From: Bugula neritina
Taxonomy: Eukaryota > Animalia > Bryozoa
DNA length: 64,000 bases
NCBI GenBank assembly: GCA_964035545.1
Contig: OZ037768.1
Location: 14,021,675-14,085,674, forward strand
Direction: 5' to 3'
A program made the translations under genes and the position numbers. A model generated the notes under the pieces. That model saw only the letters and a list, made by a program, of their open reading frames with translations. It was not told where the DNA came from and searched no databases. Below, piece by piece: positions 46,058 to 58,131 of the stretch. The first letter of the stretch is position 1. Every line of letters starts with the position of its first letter.

Positions 46058-46625
46058 ATGATTTCCAGATTTAGGGTCGATGTGCAACCAAGAGAGTCTA
46101 TTTATTACTAAAGAAACTTCACCGTGATAAGTCGAGTAGATATCGTTATATTTTAATACAAGAATACATAATAAAACTAGTATACAACAGTAAATAATAC
46201 GCACGTCTATTTAATTTACAGCACTATCCTCAACTGAGCTAGTAGCGCGAAGCTGCTACTATTACTCATAAACAGCCTAGCTAATTGGCTAATACATTGT
46301 TCCGGGTCAATACGCAACCTTGCGTATTGTGTTGCTGGTAGCTCCACGAGCCACCACACTGCCCCCTCCAGCAGAAAGCCCTCTTTCTGATAAAAATACA
46401 ATTCACATAAAAAAACGTATACTTCGTTGTGGAGAGAGAGAACAGTATAAAAGTATATACAAACAAAACAACTGATAAAATATACAGGTATACATATAAA
46501 ACGTGCACAATGCGTAATATGTAAGCGAAAATCCTATTTACATGTAGAGTACGTGCCACCATAATGGTAGGGAATGGCACAGAGAGGTAGGGGAAGAGTA
46601 GTATGGAGTTGGAGATAGACTCATG

Positions 46626-47699
46626 TTAACTGCGGGCCGCCCGCTTCATGCGTTTAATAGACTCCTGTAAATATTTGAGTTCACTGGATGCAGCCTGTAC
46701 CCGTGGGGCCAGCCTATACACTTCTTGCTCCAAGTCGTGTGCCCTAGCTTCTACTTCACGTAGGTTGCGGGCCCAGGGGGACGAGCGAGAGGAAGTCGGC
46801 TGTCTGTGTCTTTTCCGCTCTGAGGATGGAAGGGGAGGAGGGAGTGTATATGCATTTGTGTCTACCCTCTGTAGTACGACACGAGGAAAGGTATGCGGTA
46901 TGCGTAGAGGACTGTGAGGTGGAGAGTTAGTAGACTGTGTAGGTTTATCTGCGGCTCCAGAGATGATGGGTCGCGGGGAAGGGAAGCCTTGCTCCAGGCG
47001 AGATAGCCGAGCTGAGTCAGTGATGAGTGGTTTGATGGCGTTGAGAAAGGCAGGATAGGATGATTCGTCTACTTCATAGACATGCCCTTGATAACACTGC
47101 ATAGTACGTTGGTGCCGCAGTAGGTAATCACGATTGTAGCTATATTCTCCGCAAGGGCAGAAAGTGGTGATGTAGTGTTGCGGCAAGTGTACTTTCAGCC
47201 TGCGGTGGGTTGTGAATCGCTGCTGGCAGAGGTTGCATTCACGATTACTCTCACCTCCTTGATGGGTCCTAATCTCTCTCTCTGTGGCAGGGGTAATCCA
47301 GTTGGAGGTTGCTTCTAACTGGGGTGGCAGTCGCCTGGTTGTAGAAGTTGTTGGGGCTGGCTCTGGGTCCCACGCCATCTCTAGAGAAGGCATGCCCGGA
47401 GAGACGGGCGCGAGTGTGTCTACAAAAGTAGAATTATTGTTAGATCGCGGTGGATCTTTACAACATAATTCTAGTGACTGTCGACCGTTGCTAGCCTGAG
47501 AGTCACAGCTTTTGGAATGCACTCGAGGAACCGATGAATCATGTGTGGACTGACCAAGAACAGTGTCTAGCTCCAGGTCTAACAGACCGTCGGCCATTAC
47601 AGTGTCTTCATCGTCATTCACATGAAACGTGGTTCCCAGTAATTCTGATTCAATCTGCTGAATTAGTTTAGAATTTACTGGCATCGAGCCCGTTTCCAT
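46626..47699 (-). CDS. ORF3 of element C: C2H2-type zinc-finger, basic patch and coiled-coil protein (probably entered by splicing at 47419)
   Basis: CNLC-x12-HLPQH, second finger-like FCPCG...HQRTMQC, ERKRHRQP, heptad helix LREVEARAHDLEQEVYRLAPRVQAASSELKYLQESIKRMK. No signal peptide or TM segment. Homolog in element B. Confidence 0.85.
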   Translation of the reverse strand: METGSMPVNSKLIQQIESELLGTTFHVNDDEDTVMADGLLDLELDTVLGQSTHDSSVPRVHSKSCDSQASNGRQSLELCCKDPPRSNNNSTFVDTLAPVSPGMPSLEMAWDPEPAPTTSTTRRLPPQLEATSNWITPATEREIRTHQGGESNRECNLCQQRFTTHRRLKVHLPQHYITTFCPCGEYSYNRDYLLRHQRTMQCYQGHVYEVDESSYPAFLNAIKPLITDSARLSRLEQGFPSPRPIISGAADKPTQSTNSPPHSPLRIPHTFPRVVLQRVDTNAYTLPPPLPSSERKRHRQPTSSRSSPWARNLREVEARAHDLEQEVYRLAPRVQAASSELKYLQESIKRMKRAARS

Positions 47700-47716
47700 G
47701 AATAGGAATACAAGAC

Positions 47717-50700
47717 TTATACTGGCTTACCTGGGAACTCGGTATTAATGTCCATACTCAACGTTCTTGGTAAGATTGGAGCTGGTTGTGAGATACGTCT
47801 GCCTTTGGCGATGTCAGCATAAGAAAAGGCTGAGCATCGTTTCTGAGGCACGAGGTCGGAACTATTTGCTTTACGCGCATTAATTCCTCCCACTATTCCG
47901 CCCTCGCAAAAGTTGATATTTGCGTGGGGTTCACAACTCCAACATTTTATCGTACGGTTTTCCCCTAGACTTTCATGTGCGCCGCTTCTAATGCAGTCAC
48001 ATACGAAGTCTTTTAAATATGGTGGGGGTTTCCTCGTACGCTGTCCCCTTTCTAGGGGGGGTGACACGCTTGCCGGTTCGTTAGTAGGGGCCTCTAATGG
48101 CGTCTCTACTTCACCGTTAGCGGTCACCTCTTCTTGTTCTCCGGATGGAGCCCCTCCCTCCGTGGGGGTTTGCACTTCCGGAACCGGCTCGGTTTCTGGA
48201 AATGATGGAATTAGACTTGGCGGTGGCGGACACGCTTCTGTTGACAAAAGCTGCCGCTCCTCTCTCACCAAGTTTTCTTCCCGCGGTATGACCACTTCGT
48301 ATTCAGGTCCATGCCACTGTCGCCCGCGCATCGTTGTCTGCCTCCTGGGCTCTAACAACGGGGGGGCTTCTCCCACTCCGTCGGGGCTAGCCCAATACGG
48401 TTTCAAGCGAGACTCATTCTGGATAGACACCTGTCCTGAGCGCTCGATCTTGTACGTATGATTGGGCATAGCCTCGACGACCACGTAGGGGCCTACGAAC
48501 TTAGGCTTCAGTTTATCAGCCTGTCCGCGACGCCTACGGTAATTGACCATCTACACCTTATCTCCCGTTTGATAGAGAGGTGGTTCATCGGAATCTTCGT
48601 GCCGCACCTTCCACTGCTGTTGGCGCAGTATCTCGTGTGCGGCCTTCATCCGTTCCACTAGTTCACTGGCATACTCGTGAACCGAGTTATCTTGCTCTGG
48701 AACGTGATAGGTGAGATGGTCAGGGACACGAGTCTCTCTCCCGAGCATCAAGAGGTTTGGGGTCTTACCAGTACTGGTGTGTGGGGTGCTACGGTATGCA
48801 CGCATGACCTGCGGCAACACCGTATCCCATTCCTCTTGACCTCGTTCAAGGAGGAGACTCCGGAGTGCATCACCTAGCATCCGGTTGTTGCGCTCCACCA
48901 CCCCGTTACCTTGAGGGTGGTAGGGGGTGGTCCTGCTCTGATTTACTCCCCAGAGGTGGCAAAGGTCGCTCATCAGTTGAAACTGGAATTGAGCGCCTTG
49001 ATCAGAGTGTATCTGTTCGGGAAGTCCAAAATAACAGAATACATGTTGGTCTAGTGCCCTGGCCACTGTTGGGGCTGATGCATCTGGGATAGCCAGAGCA
49101 TCCGCTCACCTAGTAAAGTGGTCGGTTAGTACTAGGATCCAATTATTGCCTCTGGGGGTCAGGGACATGGGTCCGACCAGGTCTACAGCGACTACTTGCC
49201 AGGGCCTACCAGCATATAGCCTCCGCCGTCCTGCTTCACCAGGGGGGCGGCTATGCTTACTGGCCTGGCAGATCTCACACTGTTTGACTCTGAGCCGGAC
49301 GTCACGCTCCATTTGTGGCCAATACCACCGGAGTCGTAATTTGGATATCACTCTCTTGACCCCTGCGTGGGCCTGTTTGTGAGTATCCCAAATCAACTCA
49401 CGGCGGATGGCCGTGGGGCAGACTACCCTCTTCCTTTCCGGGTGTCTGCCGCTGGCAGCTAGGGAGATGGTGAGTAACCCATCCTGCCCGATCCGCAGCG
49501 AGTCCCAACGCTGACAGTATAGCCGGAACCCGGCGCATCCCTGTCGTATGCGTTCTTCGCTGGGTCGTCGCCCTTCCCTTTTGGCCCGGTATATGTCTGC
49601 CACGACTCCAGGCAGCTCTTCTTGGAGCTTCTTCAGCTCTCGAACATTACCGGCCAGTACAGGGTTGGCGCGGAGGTTTTGTACATCTTCCGGGGACTCA
49701 TCAACTCCTTGCCTGAGTTGACCCTGGTCCCAGTCAAACGGTGCTCCGTGCTGAGCCAGCGTCTCCAACTCACACCGCGGGGGACCTCCATCCCTCCTCT
49801 CGATGTTGAGACACTGTTTGCAACCTCCGTCAGGTCGGCGACTCAACCCATCCGCATTGCTGTGTCTCTTGCCCGGTCGATGTTCGATCCGGTATGAGAA
49901 TTCAGCTAGGATTTCGAGCCACCGGGCGACCTGACTAGAGGGCTCTGCTCTCTTGCACAACCAGATCAGCGAGGCATGATCCGTACGCAGCCGGAACTTC
50001 CTGCCGTATAGGTATGGTCTGAAGTGCTTCACTGACTTGATTACTGCCAGCAGCTCCTTGCGGGTAGTGCAGTAATTTCGTTCAGCGGGTGAGAGAGACT
50101 TGCTGTAGTAGGCTACTACTACCTCTCGGCCTTCCTGCACTTGTGACAGCACAGCGCCAACATTTTGGTCACTGGCGTCAGTGTCGAGGATGTACTCCAG
50201 AGTGGAGTCTGGGTAGGCCAAGATGGGCGCCGTTAGTAGGCAGCCCTTGAGGCGGTCGAACGCTCCTTGTTCGACTGGGGTACACTGCCACGTCACTCCC
50301 TTTGCGGTGAGCCGGTTTAACGGCTGGGCTATGCCCGCAAAGTCTGGTATGTATTGCCTGTAATACCCTACCAGCCCCAAGAAAGCCCGGAGTCCGGTCA
50401 AGTCTTGGGGGGTGACCCAGTCTTCTACTGCCCGTACCTTTTCGGGATCCGTTGCCACGCCGTTTCGACCGACAACGTGCCCCAGGTACTTGACCTCCGG
50501 CTGCAATAGAGCGCACTTGGAAGGTTTGAGCTTAAGACCGGCACCTCGGAGTCTCTCGAAAACCTCCCGCAGACGACTGACATGTGTCTCGAAGTCCGGA
50601 GAGATTACGATGACATCATCGAGGTAGACCAGCAGTGTCTTCCAATGGAGTCCGCTAAGGACTTGTTCCATCAGCCTCTGGAAGGTGGCTGGGGCAGAGG

Positions 50701-52354
50701 TTAACCCGAAGGGCAGCACCTTCCACTTCCACAAACCGTCCCGTGTGATAAACGCCGCTTTCTCCTGGGCGTCGGGACTCAGAGGAACTTGCCAATAGCC
50801 GCTTAGCAAGTCTAACGTACTGAAGTACTTGCTGCCGGCTAGGGCGTCCAATGACTCGTCAATACGAGGTAGAGGGTAGGCGTCCTGTATGGTCACGCTA
50901 TTGAGTTTGCGGTAATCCACACAGAACCGCCAACTGCCGTCTTTCTTCCGGACCAGTACGACTGGCGAGCTCCACGCACTATGGGCGGGCTCTATCAGTC
51001 CCCGGTCCAGAAGATCCCGTACTTGTCGGCTAACCTCCTTCTCTTTCTCCGGCCCCAGCCTGCGTGTGGGCTGCCGGACAGGGACTGTCCCTGCAGTCAG
51101 CGGTATTTCGTGTCTGACAATTCCAGTCAGTCCCACGTCATGCTCTCCGCTGCTGAACACATCACCGTAGTCGCGTAGTAACTTGGCCATAACTTGGCGT
51201 TCTCTGTTACTCGCGCAGCCGCCACAGGCTGTTTCATATAACTCCCGGAGATGTGTTGGGACTGCCCCTCGTCCCTGAATAGGGTGTCGAGGGGGTGCCT
51301 CCGTCGCGTCACCCAGCGACGGGCCCACGTCCTCTTCCTGGACGGAGTGGAACCGGCCCAGCATTGACCCAGCTGGGAGCTCAATGGGCTCGGTAAAGAG
51401 GTTGACACACTGCACTAAGACCTCCCCTCGCTCAGTTAGTCGGTTTAAACTACTGGCGAGTTGGATCCTTTCGTGCGCGCCTTCAACGACCCCGAGCCTG
51501 GCTATCCGGTTGCTGTTCACTCGGCAGTGGATAGTAGCTCTGGAGCGTCCGGGTACGGTGCAGTTTCGAACTACCTGAACACCGCCCACCAGAGGACGCC
51601 CAAACTTATCTACACAGGCGAGTTCTCGCCCGCCCATCAGCACCACCGACTTACTAAAGTCTATTCGGCACTGGTGTTGCTTCAAGAAGGGCATTCCGAG
51701 GATAGCATCTTCCTCCAGTTGGCCTATGACAAAGGTCTCCTGTACAGCCTGGTCTCGGACACGCCCAGGGAGCTCGATAATACCATAAAAGGGAATACAT
51801 GACCCGTCTGCCAGGGTGCCATGTTCCCCAGTATACGGTCGTACTCTATCCCTGTCCCGGCGGGGCAGTGCCTCAAAGACTCTACGGCTGAGAAGGTTGG
51901 TAGTACAACCGGAGTCGAGCAGGAAAGTGACGGCGTTGCCGGCCACCTTTCCGGGTAGGAAATAGCTCTCTCCATGTGGTTGTACTTTCACCCCCCCCCC
52001 CCCCCCCCCCGCATGTGCTGTCCTGGGTTGACAGGACGGCGGGGGTTTCACCCGTGGTTTACGGGGCTTCCGGCGGCGAGGTTGGTGCCGGCGGGGTTTG
52101 GGGCTCTCCACTGGGCCTTCTGGCTCCATTTCAGTGGCGGGCTCCTCTTCCCGAGGTAACCGGTGGAACCGGTTAGCGAGTGGCAGGGAGAAGGTACTCG
52201 GCCGTTGTGCGGGCCTACTAGTCCTGCGTGGTACCTGCCACTCGGGTGGAGTGTTCCGTCGTGTCCGTACGGACAGACGACGGCGTGTCCCACCATACTC
52301 CTTCAGTTGCGGCCCGCGGGGAGGGAGAGTGTCCGCGGGCCGTGACAGTTTAAC
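47717..52354 (-). CDS. pol: Pol of element C (PR-RT-RNase H-IN) with two in-frame stops in integrase
   Basis: FLLDSGCT, FCVDYRKLN, YLDD, LDTDAS, TDHASL, HHCC, VAVDLVG, HSDQG, ERNNR, VGPY. ORFs 49106-52129, 48551-49066 and 47717-48550 share one frame, separated by TGA (49106) and TAG (48551). Frame is open upstream to GTTAAAC at 52348-52354. Confidence 0.95.
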
Positions 52355-53169
52355 GCCCCCTGGTATTGGGGTCGCCCTTTCTGTCCCTGGTCCTGATCAG
52401 CGCTACTCCAGCCCTGCCCCACAGGCGTTGGGGGCGCCCGCAGGGCCTGACCGGGGCCAGCACCGGCCAGAATGGTTACCAGTTGTCCCAGCATCTCTAC
52501 CATACGGTCCACTTCGGCTTCCAGCGGGAGGGCTTCGGGACCTGTCGTAGCCCTGGCAGCGCTGACTCCAACTACTGGTGGGTTCCGTCGTGCTTGATGC
52601 ATTTGGGTAGCCAACAGGTAAGCTTCTCCAGCCTTCAGGGCATCCTCTATTCTGGTTATCCCTTTAGCTCGTAGTTGATGGTGTAGGCCCAGGTCGTTTA
52701 GTGACTGGACAAAGGCGTCATAGGTGTAACGCTCTTGGTGCTGTGCTGGCAGATCGCTATATGCAATCTGCGCCAGCTTCTTCACCGTCGCGGCATGTTC
52801 TTGCAGCGAGGTCCGCGGGGCGCGGCACAATCTCTCTAGCTTGGTCCTAGCGTCTATTGCGGAGATACCAAAACGGGCCCGCAGCGCAGCCAGTATCCCG
52901 TTTACGTCTGTTCCCACTCCGTACGGCTTGGCTTGTTCCGTCACCGCTCTCCGCAATTGGATAAGGGCCACTCTATGCGGCCATTGAGCAACCTCCTTAA
53001 CCTCTCTAAATTCTTGTATAAATTGTTCGACATCTTCCGACCCAGTAAAGGTGGGAGCTTTCAAGCAATGTCTATAAGCTTCTTCTCCCTCACGATTCAC
53101 AGGATTAACAGCATTTCTACGCTCACCTTCTACTGGGGGTGGTTGCATTCTAGCATTTTCAGTCTCCAT
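52303..53169 (-). CDS. gag: Gag of element C (zinc knuckle degenerate)
   Basis: 288 aa immediately after the PBS, homologous to element B Gag, overlapping pol in the -1 frame. Confidence 0.92.
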   Translation of the reverse strand: METENARMQPPPVEGERRNAVNPVNREGEEAYRHCLKAPTFTGSEDVEQFIQEFREVKEVAQWPHRVALIQLRRAVTEQAKPYGVGTDVNGILAALRARFGISAIDARTKLERLCRAPRTSLQEHAATVKKLAQIAYSDLPAQHQERYTYDAFVQSLNDLGLHHQLRAKGITRIEDALKAGEAYLLATQMHQARRNPPVVGVSAARATTGPEALPLEAEVDRMVEMLGQLVTILAGAGPGQALRAPPTPVGQGWSSADQDQGQKGRPQYQGALNCHGPRTLSLPAGRN

Positions 53170-54138
53170 CTTTGATGTGCACTATCCCACTGCTGCCACC
53201 ACTGTTATGATTTCCAGATTTAGGGTCGATGTGCAACCAAGAGAGTCTATTTATTACTAAAGAAACTTCACCGTGATAAGTCGAGTAGATATCGTTATAT
53301 TTTAATACAAGAATACATAATAAAACTAGTATACAACAGTAAATAATACGCACGTCTATTTAATTTACAGCACTATCCTCAACTGAGCTAGTAGCGCGAA
53401 GCTGCTACTATTACTCATAAACAGCCTAGCTAATTGGCTAATACATTGTTCCGGGTCAATACGCAACCTTGCGTATTGTGTTGCTGGTAGCTCCACGAGC
53501 CACCACAATATATATATCTTAGATTAAAAGTGAGTTGCCAAAGCTCTCTGCTTAAACTGATTTCAGGCTCACTTTTTTGAGATCAAAACCAGTTTTTTGC
53601 ATTTATTTGCTGGAAGTAGCATGACACCAAGTGTAATTGTAATAAGAAATAGACTAATGGATTTGGGGTAGAAATGTGGAGCTACTGCATATAATTGTCA
53701 AGAATAGTATTTGTTGGAAATCGAACAGTTAATAATATGTCTTTCTAATGATAAACTTCTACATTTACAGGTATTTTGAAACATATTTTAAGGCTTGAAG
53801 CTGTGAAAGGTGAAAAGATTTACCTACTCATTTTAGCAGTATTTGCAATTATATCAACCCTTTTAGCTTATTTTTTACTGCTATATCAAATTCATTTTTT
53901 CAGTTGAAGACATTGGTATTTATCCTTATATAATGTTAAAGGAAAAAGTTACTTGAACAAACAAAAAGACCATAGCTATTGTTTGCTCAGATTAGGTTCA
54001 ATTGAATTTATTGACCCAACAATTGGTCCTATTGTAGCTGCACAATACTGTTAAGTAGGCTTATACAAATGCAAACTGTACACTGCAGTAATCTGTCAAG
54101 TTAGATTACTCTCAGTTGCTATGCAACTATAATACAAA

Positions 54139-57100
54139 ATGGCTGAACCAGTGAAACCTAAATCAGCTCACAGACTATCTGAATCTCAAATCAAGGTAAC
54201 AGCATTAAGTATTACACATTTCTCAAAATAAAAAAGGGATTTTAAATTTTGGCTCAAACTACTTGTATATAAATAATAAAGAATATTTGATTTCATAATT
54301 AAAACTGAATATAGGAATGTTTTTACAACAATATTACAGCAATGCCAGGTGTTAACTGAAAAGCTTGAAGTTCGAAATAGAAACACTGCAATGCATAAGT
54401 TTTCATACATGTATAAAACTATATAAAGCTATAATATAATACCATAAATTCACTTTTCTAATTTTTAGAATGATCTTAGAGTAATCTTTAGAATAATCTT
54501 ATATTATGAAAATATGTTGTATGTTAAGAGTTGAAAAGCACCAATGAACCTGTAGAAGCTGTGTACTTTATTGGATTTATTTCTAACTTTCTCAGAATGA
54601 ATTGCATCTGAATGTTAATGCCAAATTAACGTATATTTGCCATACAAAATGCTCCCCAACTTATAGTGTGATATAAATTGAAATTTTATTTAAATTGAAG
54701 CAACTGAAGGCAACGCTAAAGGAATCAGCTAACAAATATGATGAGCTACTTGAGCACATCTCGAACTTCCAAAGAGAAGAAGATAAAAAGAAAAAGAATG
54801 AAATAGAAGAGATCATCAACAATGAGCTTAAATCAACACATGATCATTGTCTAAAGGTATAAAAAATACATAATATATATATAGTGAATAGTTCAGGCAC
54901 TACGCAGATGCTGAAATGTATTATATGTAGCCACACAAAGTGATTCAATACGGAATGATTGAAAAGTAATAATGTTTATTTTTAAACTTGTTCAACAACC
55001 TTTGTTTTCAACAGTCATGGTATGTGGTAGTAAATTATTTAAAAGCTCACTACATGCTAAAACAATATAAGTTTACTTAATTTTTATTGATTTAGCTGCA
55101 ACGGGAAATAGAGACTATTGAGCATAAAGCAAGAGCTGCCGCAAAATCAGCTGATCCAACCAAGAAAAATGTTGGTGCCTTTGCGTATGTACACATACAT
55201 ATTATGTTTACCACATAGGTTTCAAGTTACATAAAATATATTAAATGGAAGCATATTCCTTTAACAGCCACTTTCTACATATTATATATGTAGGCTATAT
55301 CAGGCATGTTGTTAATCAGTGCACATAAGAGAAAATGCATGTAATGGTGAATCTTCTAGAAGGTGATTATAGAATTTCTTTTTATTTAGAGTATTTTGCA
55401 TGCACTATGCTCATCATGAGCTTGCAAGATTTTCACATCAGAAAAGCTGCAGCCATTAATGGGTAGACAACTACGCATTAAAGTTTTCAGAATGTAGCAC
55501 CCACCCTTTATTCCTTATATACATCTTTTACTGCATGCAAATAAGATGAAAAATATTCAAGCTTTTCAAAAACTAGGAGAATGAGAGTATTTTTGCTGTT
55601 TTATCCTATAGAGCTGACTTTCGTTTAACCCCAGAGGAGCAAGATATTGCATACGAGTTTAAAGCTCATGTCATGAGAAAAATACATTCACAAAACCAGA
55701 ACATAAAGAAAGAACTGGAACTGCATGAAAAGAAAGCTGACCTAAAGAAATGTCAGCAAACCTATAAGAAGCAAGTAGAAGATCAGCAGAAGTCTCAAAC
55801 AACCCTTGTGAGTTTGGCCAATGTTTACGAGAAACGGGCAGTACAAGGTAATACCTGTTTGTGTGTAAAGTACTGTAGTTATTGATAACACTTAGCATTG
55901 TTTTAATGACTTATAAACAACCAGGCACACAAGAAAATGCTAATTTTTATTAGGATTGAAAGCATCATTTTAGTTCAAATGTCATTTTTGATATAAAACT
56001 GTATTTCCTCTTAGGTAATATTTTCTAGATTTACGTTCTTAAATTTATATATACAATCAATATTTATGTTGTTTTAGGAATTCAAATTGTACATGAAACT
56101 ATTCATTGGAATGGTGATGATATGCTTTATTTATGCTTGTTATGATGACGTCCTGATACATACATTTACTAACAGATGTGAAATGCTATTAGTATGGTGA
56201 TGTGTATATATATAACAGGAATGGTCTCAGTGAAGATTAGTTATAACTGATGAACATATACAGAAAATTTTATAGACAATATAATACATAATCATCACAA
56301 GTTGTCACACTATTGAAGTTATTTTTAGTAAATATTTAGCTCTTCTACAAAATACATTTACAAAAAAAAACTCTAACAGAGATTACAGCTTAGACTGCAT
56401 TTTTACTGCAAAACATATCCGGTATAAGATGAATATACTTTGAGCAAGATCCTACAGTTCTTAAATATATCAATCTGACTTTTATCTATGGTTCTTTAGC
56501 TGAGAAGCAGGCAAAAGAGTTGGAATCAAGGCTAAAAGAAGCAGATAGCCTGATTAACATGTATGATGAAATGTATCACATGAATGGTGGTGATCCTGGA
56601 AAAGTCCGAAAAAGAGTTTTTAGTTCTGCAAAAATGGGAAAGCCCAATGACATCATCCGAGAAAATGAAGTATGCATTCAAGTATTTCTCTAAATGTATT
56701 AAACAATTTGATAAAAGCTTATTTGATGTACATTTATGTTCCACCGGCTGTTTTTCATATAGGTACATTATTTTGTCAGATAATGAGAGATGATAATGAG
56801 AAACTTAAAAAGTTGGTATCTAAACTGAAGGGAGATAACAATGAGCTAGTTAAAATAGCTCAGCAAGCTGAAAGTGAAAGAGATGAAATCAAGGTTAGAA
56901 AATTCTACTCATACTGATCATAACTGTAGATAATTTATTTCCATGTAATGGTATCAGAAAAAATAGTAGCAAGCACTAGAGAAAAGCAAGAAGGTTCTTT
57001 AGTTACAACTTCCGTTTTTAGCATAGGTTTGAGATAAATGAGAGAGCCAAAGATGAGTTGCAGCTGAGATATGAGAAAGAAAAAAAACAACACAAAGCAT

Positions 57101-57417
57101 TAAAATCTAGCATAACCCAACAAACATCTAACTGGATACAAGAGAAGAAAGGAATGAGGATGGTAGAAGACCGGGAACGCCAAGATCAGGTAGAACTTTA
57201 CAATGACTTCACCATGTTATTCAGTAATCTGGTTAATCAATGTATGTGACATTAAATGTATGTTGATGGCAAGCAGATCTTTACTCAACTCAGCATTACA
57301 AGAAAATCTTTCCTTCAGGTTGTACCAGCTTCGCCCCTAGCAGCCAAAGAGAGACTTCATCAAACACCAGTGAAAAAGAACACAGATAAACCAAGACAAA
57401 TGCTAGAAGTGAAATAA
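54139..57417 (+). CDS. Uncharacterised coiled-coil protein, 8 exons, about 362 aa
   Basis: GT-AG exons with consistent phases: 54139-54195, 54701-54856, 55096-55184, 55612-55847, 56500-56669, 56780-56893, 57022-57189, 57319-57417. E/K/Q-rich heptads. No family recognised. Confidence 0.82.
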
Positions 57418-58131
57418 ATTAGATGTTTGGAACAGTTAGAACTTATGATCTCATTAATATGTATTCATTTCATGATAAGCGAGTGACATATAACAAGCCA
57501 ACTTTTTTTCTGTATTATAATTCTTTATTTCTGTTTAAAGTAGAATTGTTATTATTATTCTGAGAAAAACCTCTCACTTTGGTTAGATAAAAGAGAAAGT
57601 ATGAACGTCACAGGGAAGATATAAAACATATTAATAAGCAATATGCTGTCTTCTACTAAAGCTGCACAAATATTGTACATATCCTAGAAACAGATTAACA
57701 GAGATTATAATAAGTAGTCTTGGATTATGAGATTGCAATTTCCCCCTTCCATCAATGTGAAAAATACCTCAAAGATAACACTATAATTAAAACAAGAATG
57801 AAGCTACTGCTGAAAATATAATGTAAAGCTATAACTGGAAACATGAGTGGCCAATATATAATAAATTGCCGAAACAGATGAACAACTATGTTCAAAGAGA
57901 ACACTACCACCACACACATTACTAAAATACATAATGACAGCATAGATAATACATTTAATACCAGTAGTTAAAATGAGCAATAATTCCCAGTATAAATTTA
58001 TGTATTCAATACAAAACACAGTCTCAGCGGTCCAACTGTTTACCACAGAGCACCACATCAACTGCTTTGGTATATGAATGAGTTTCAGTATATGAACCCG
58101 CACAGTTCAGTACATGGCCTGATATAAATGC

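Noticed and set aside
46626-47699. ORF3 as a retroviral-type env gene
   Set aside because: No signal peptide or transmembrane anchor; it has zinc-finger and coiled-coil features instead.
48551-49108. Programmed readthrough, selenocysteine or an alternative genetic code explaining in-frame stops in B and C
   Set aside because: The stops are mixed TGA and TAG, align to Trp or Arg and not Cys, are each one transition from the sense codon, and the host NPHP3 gene uses TGA as a normal stop.
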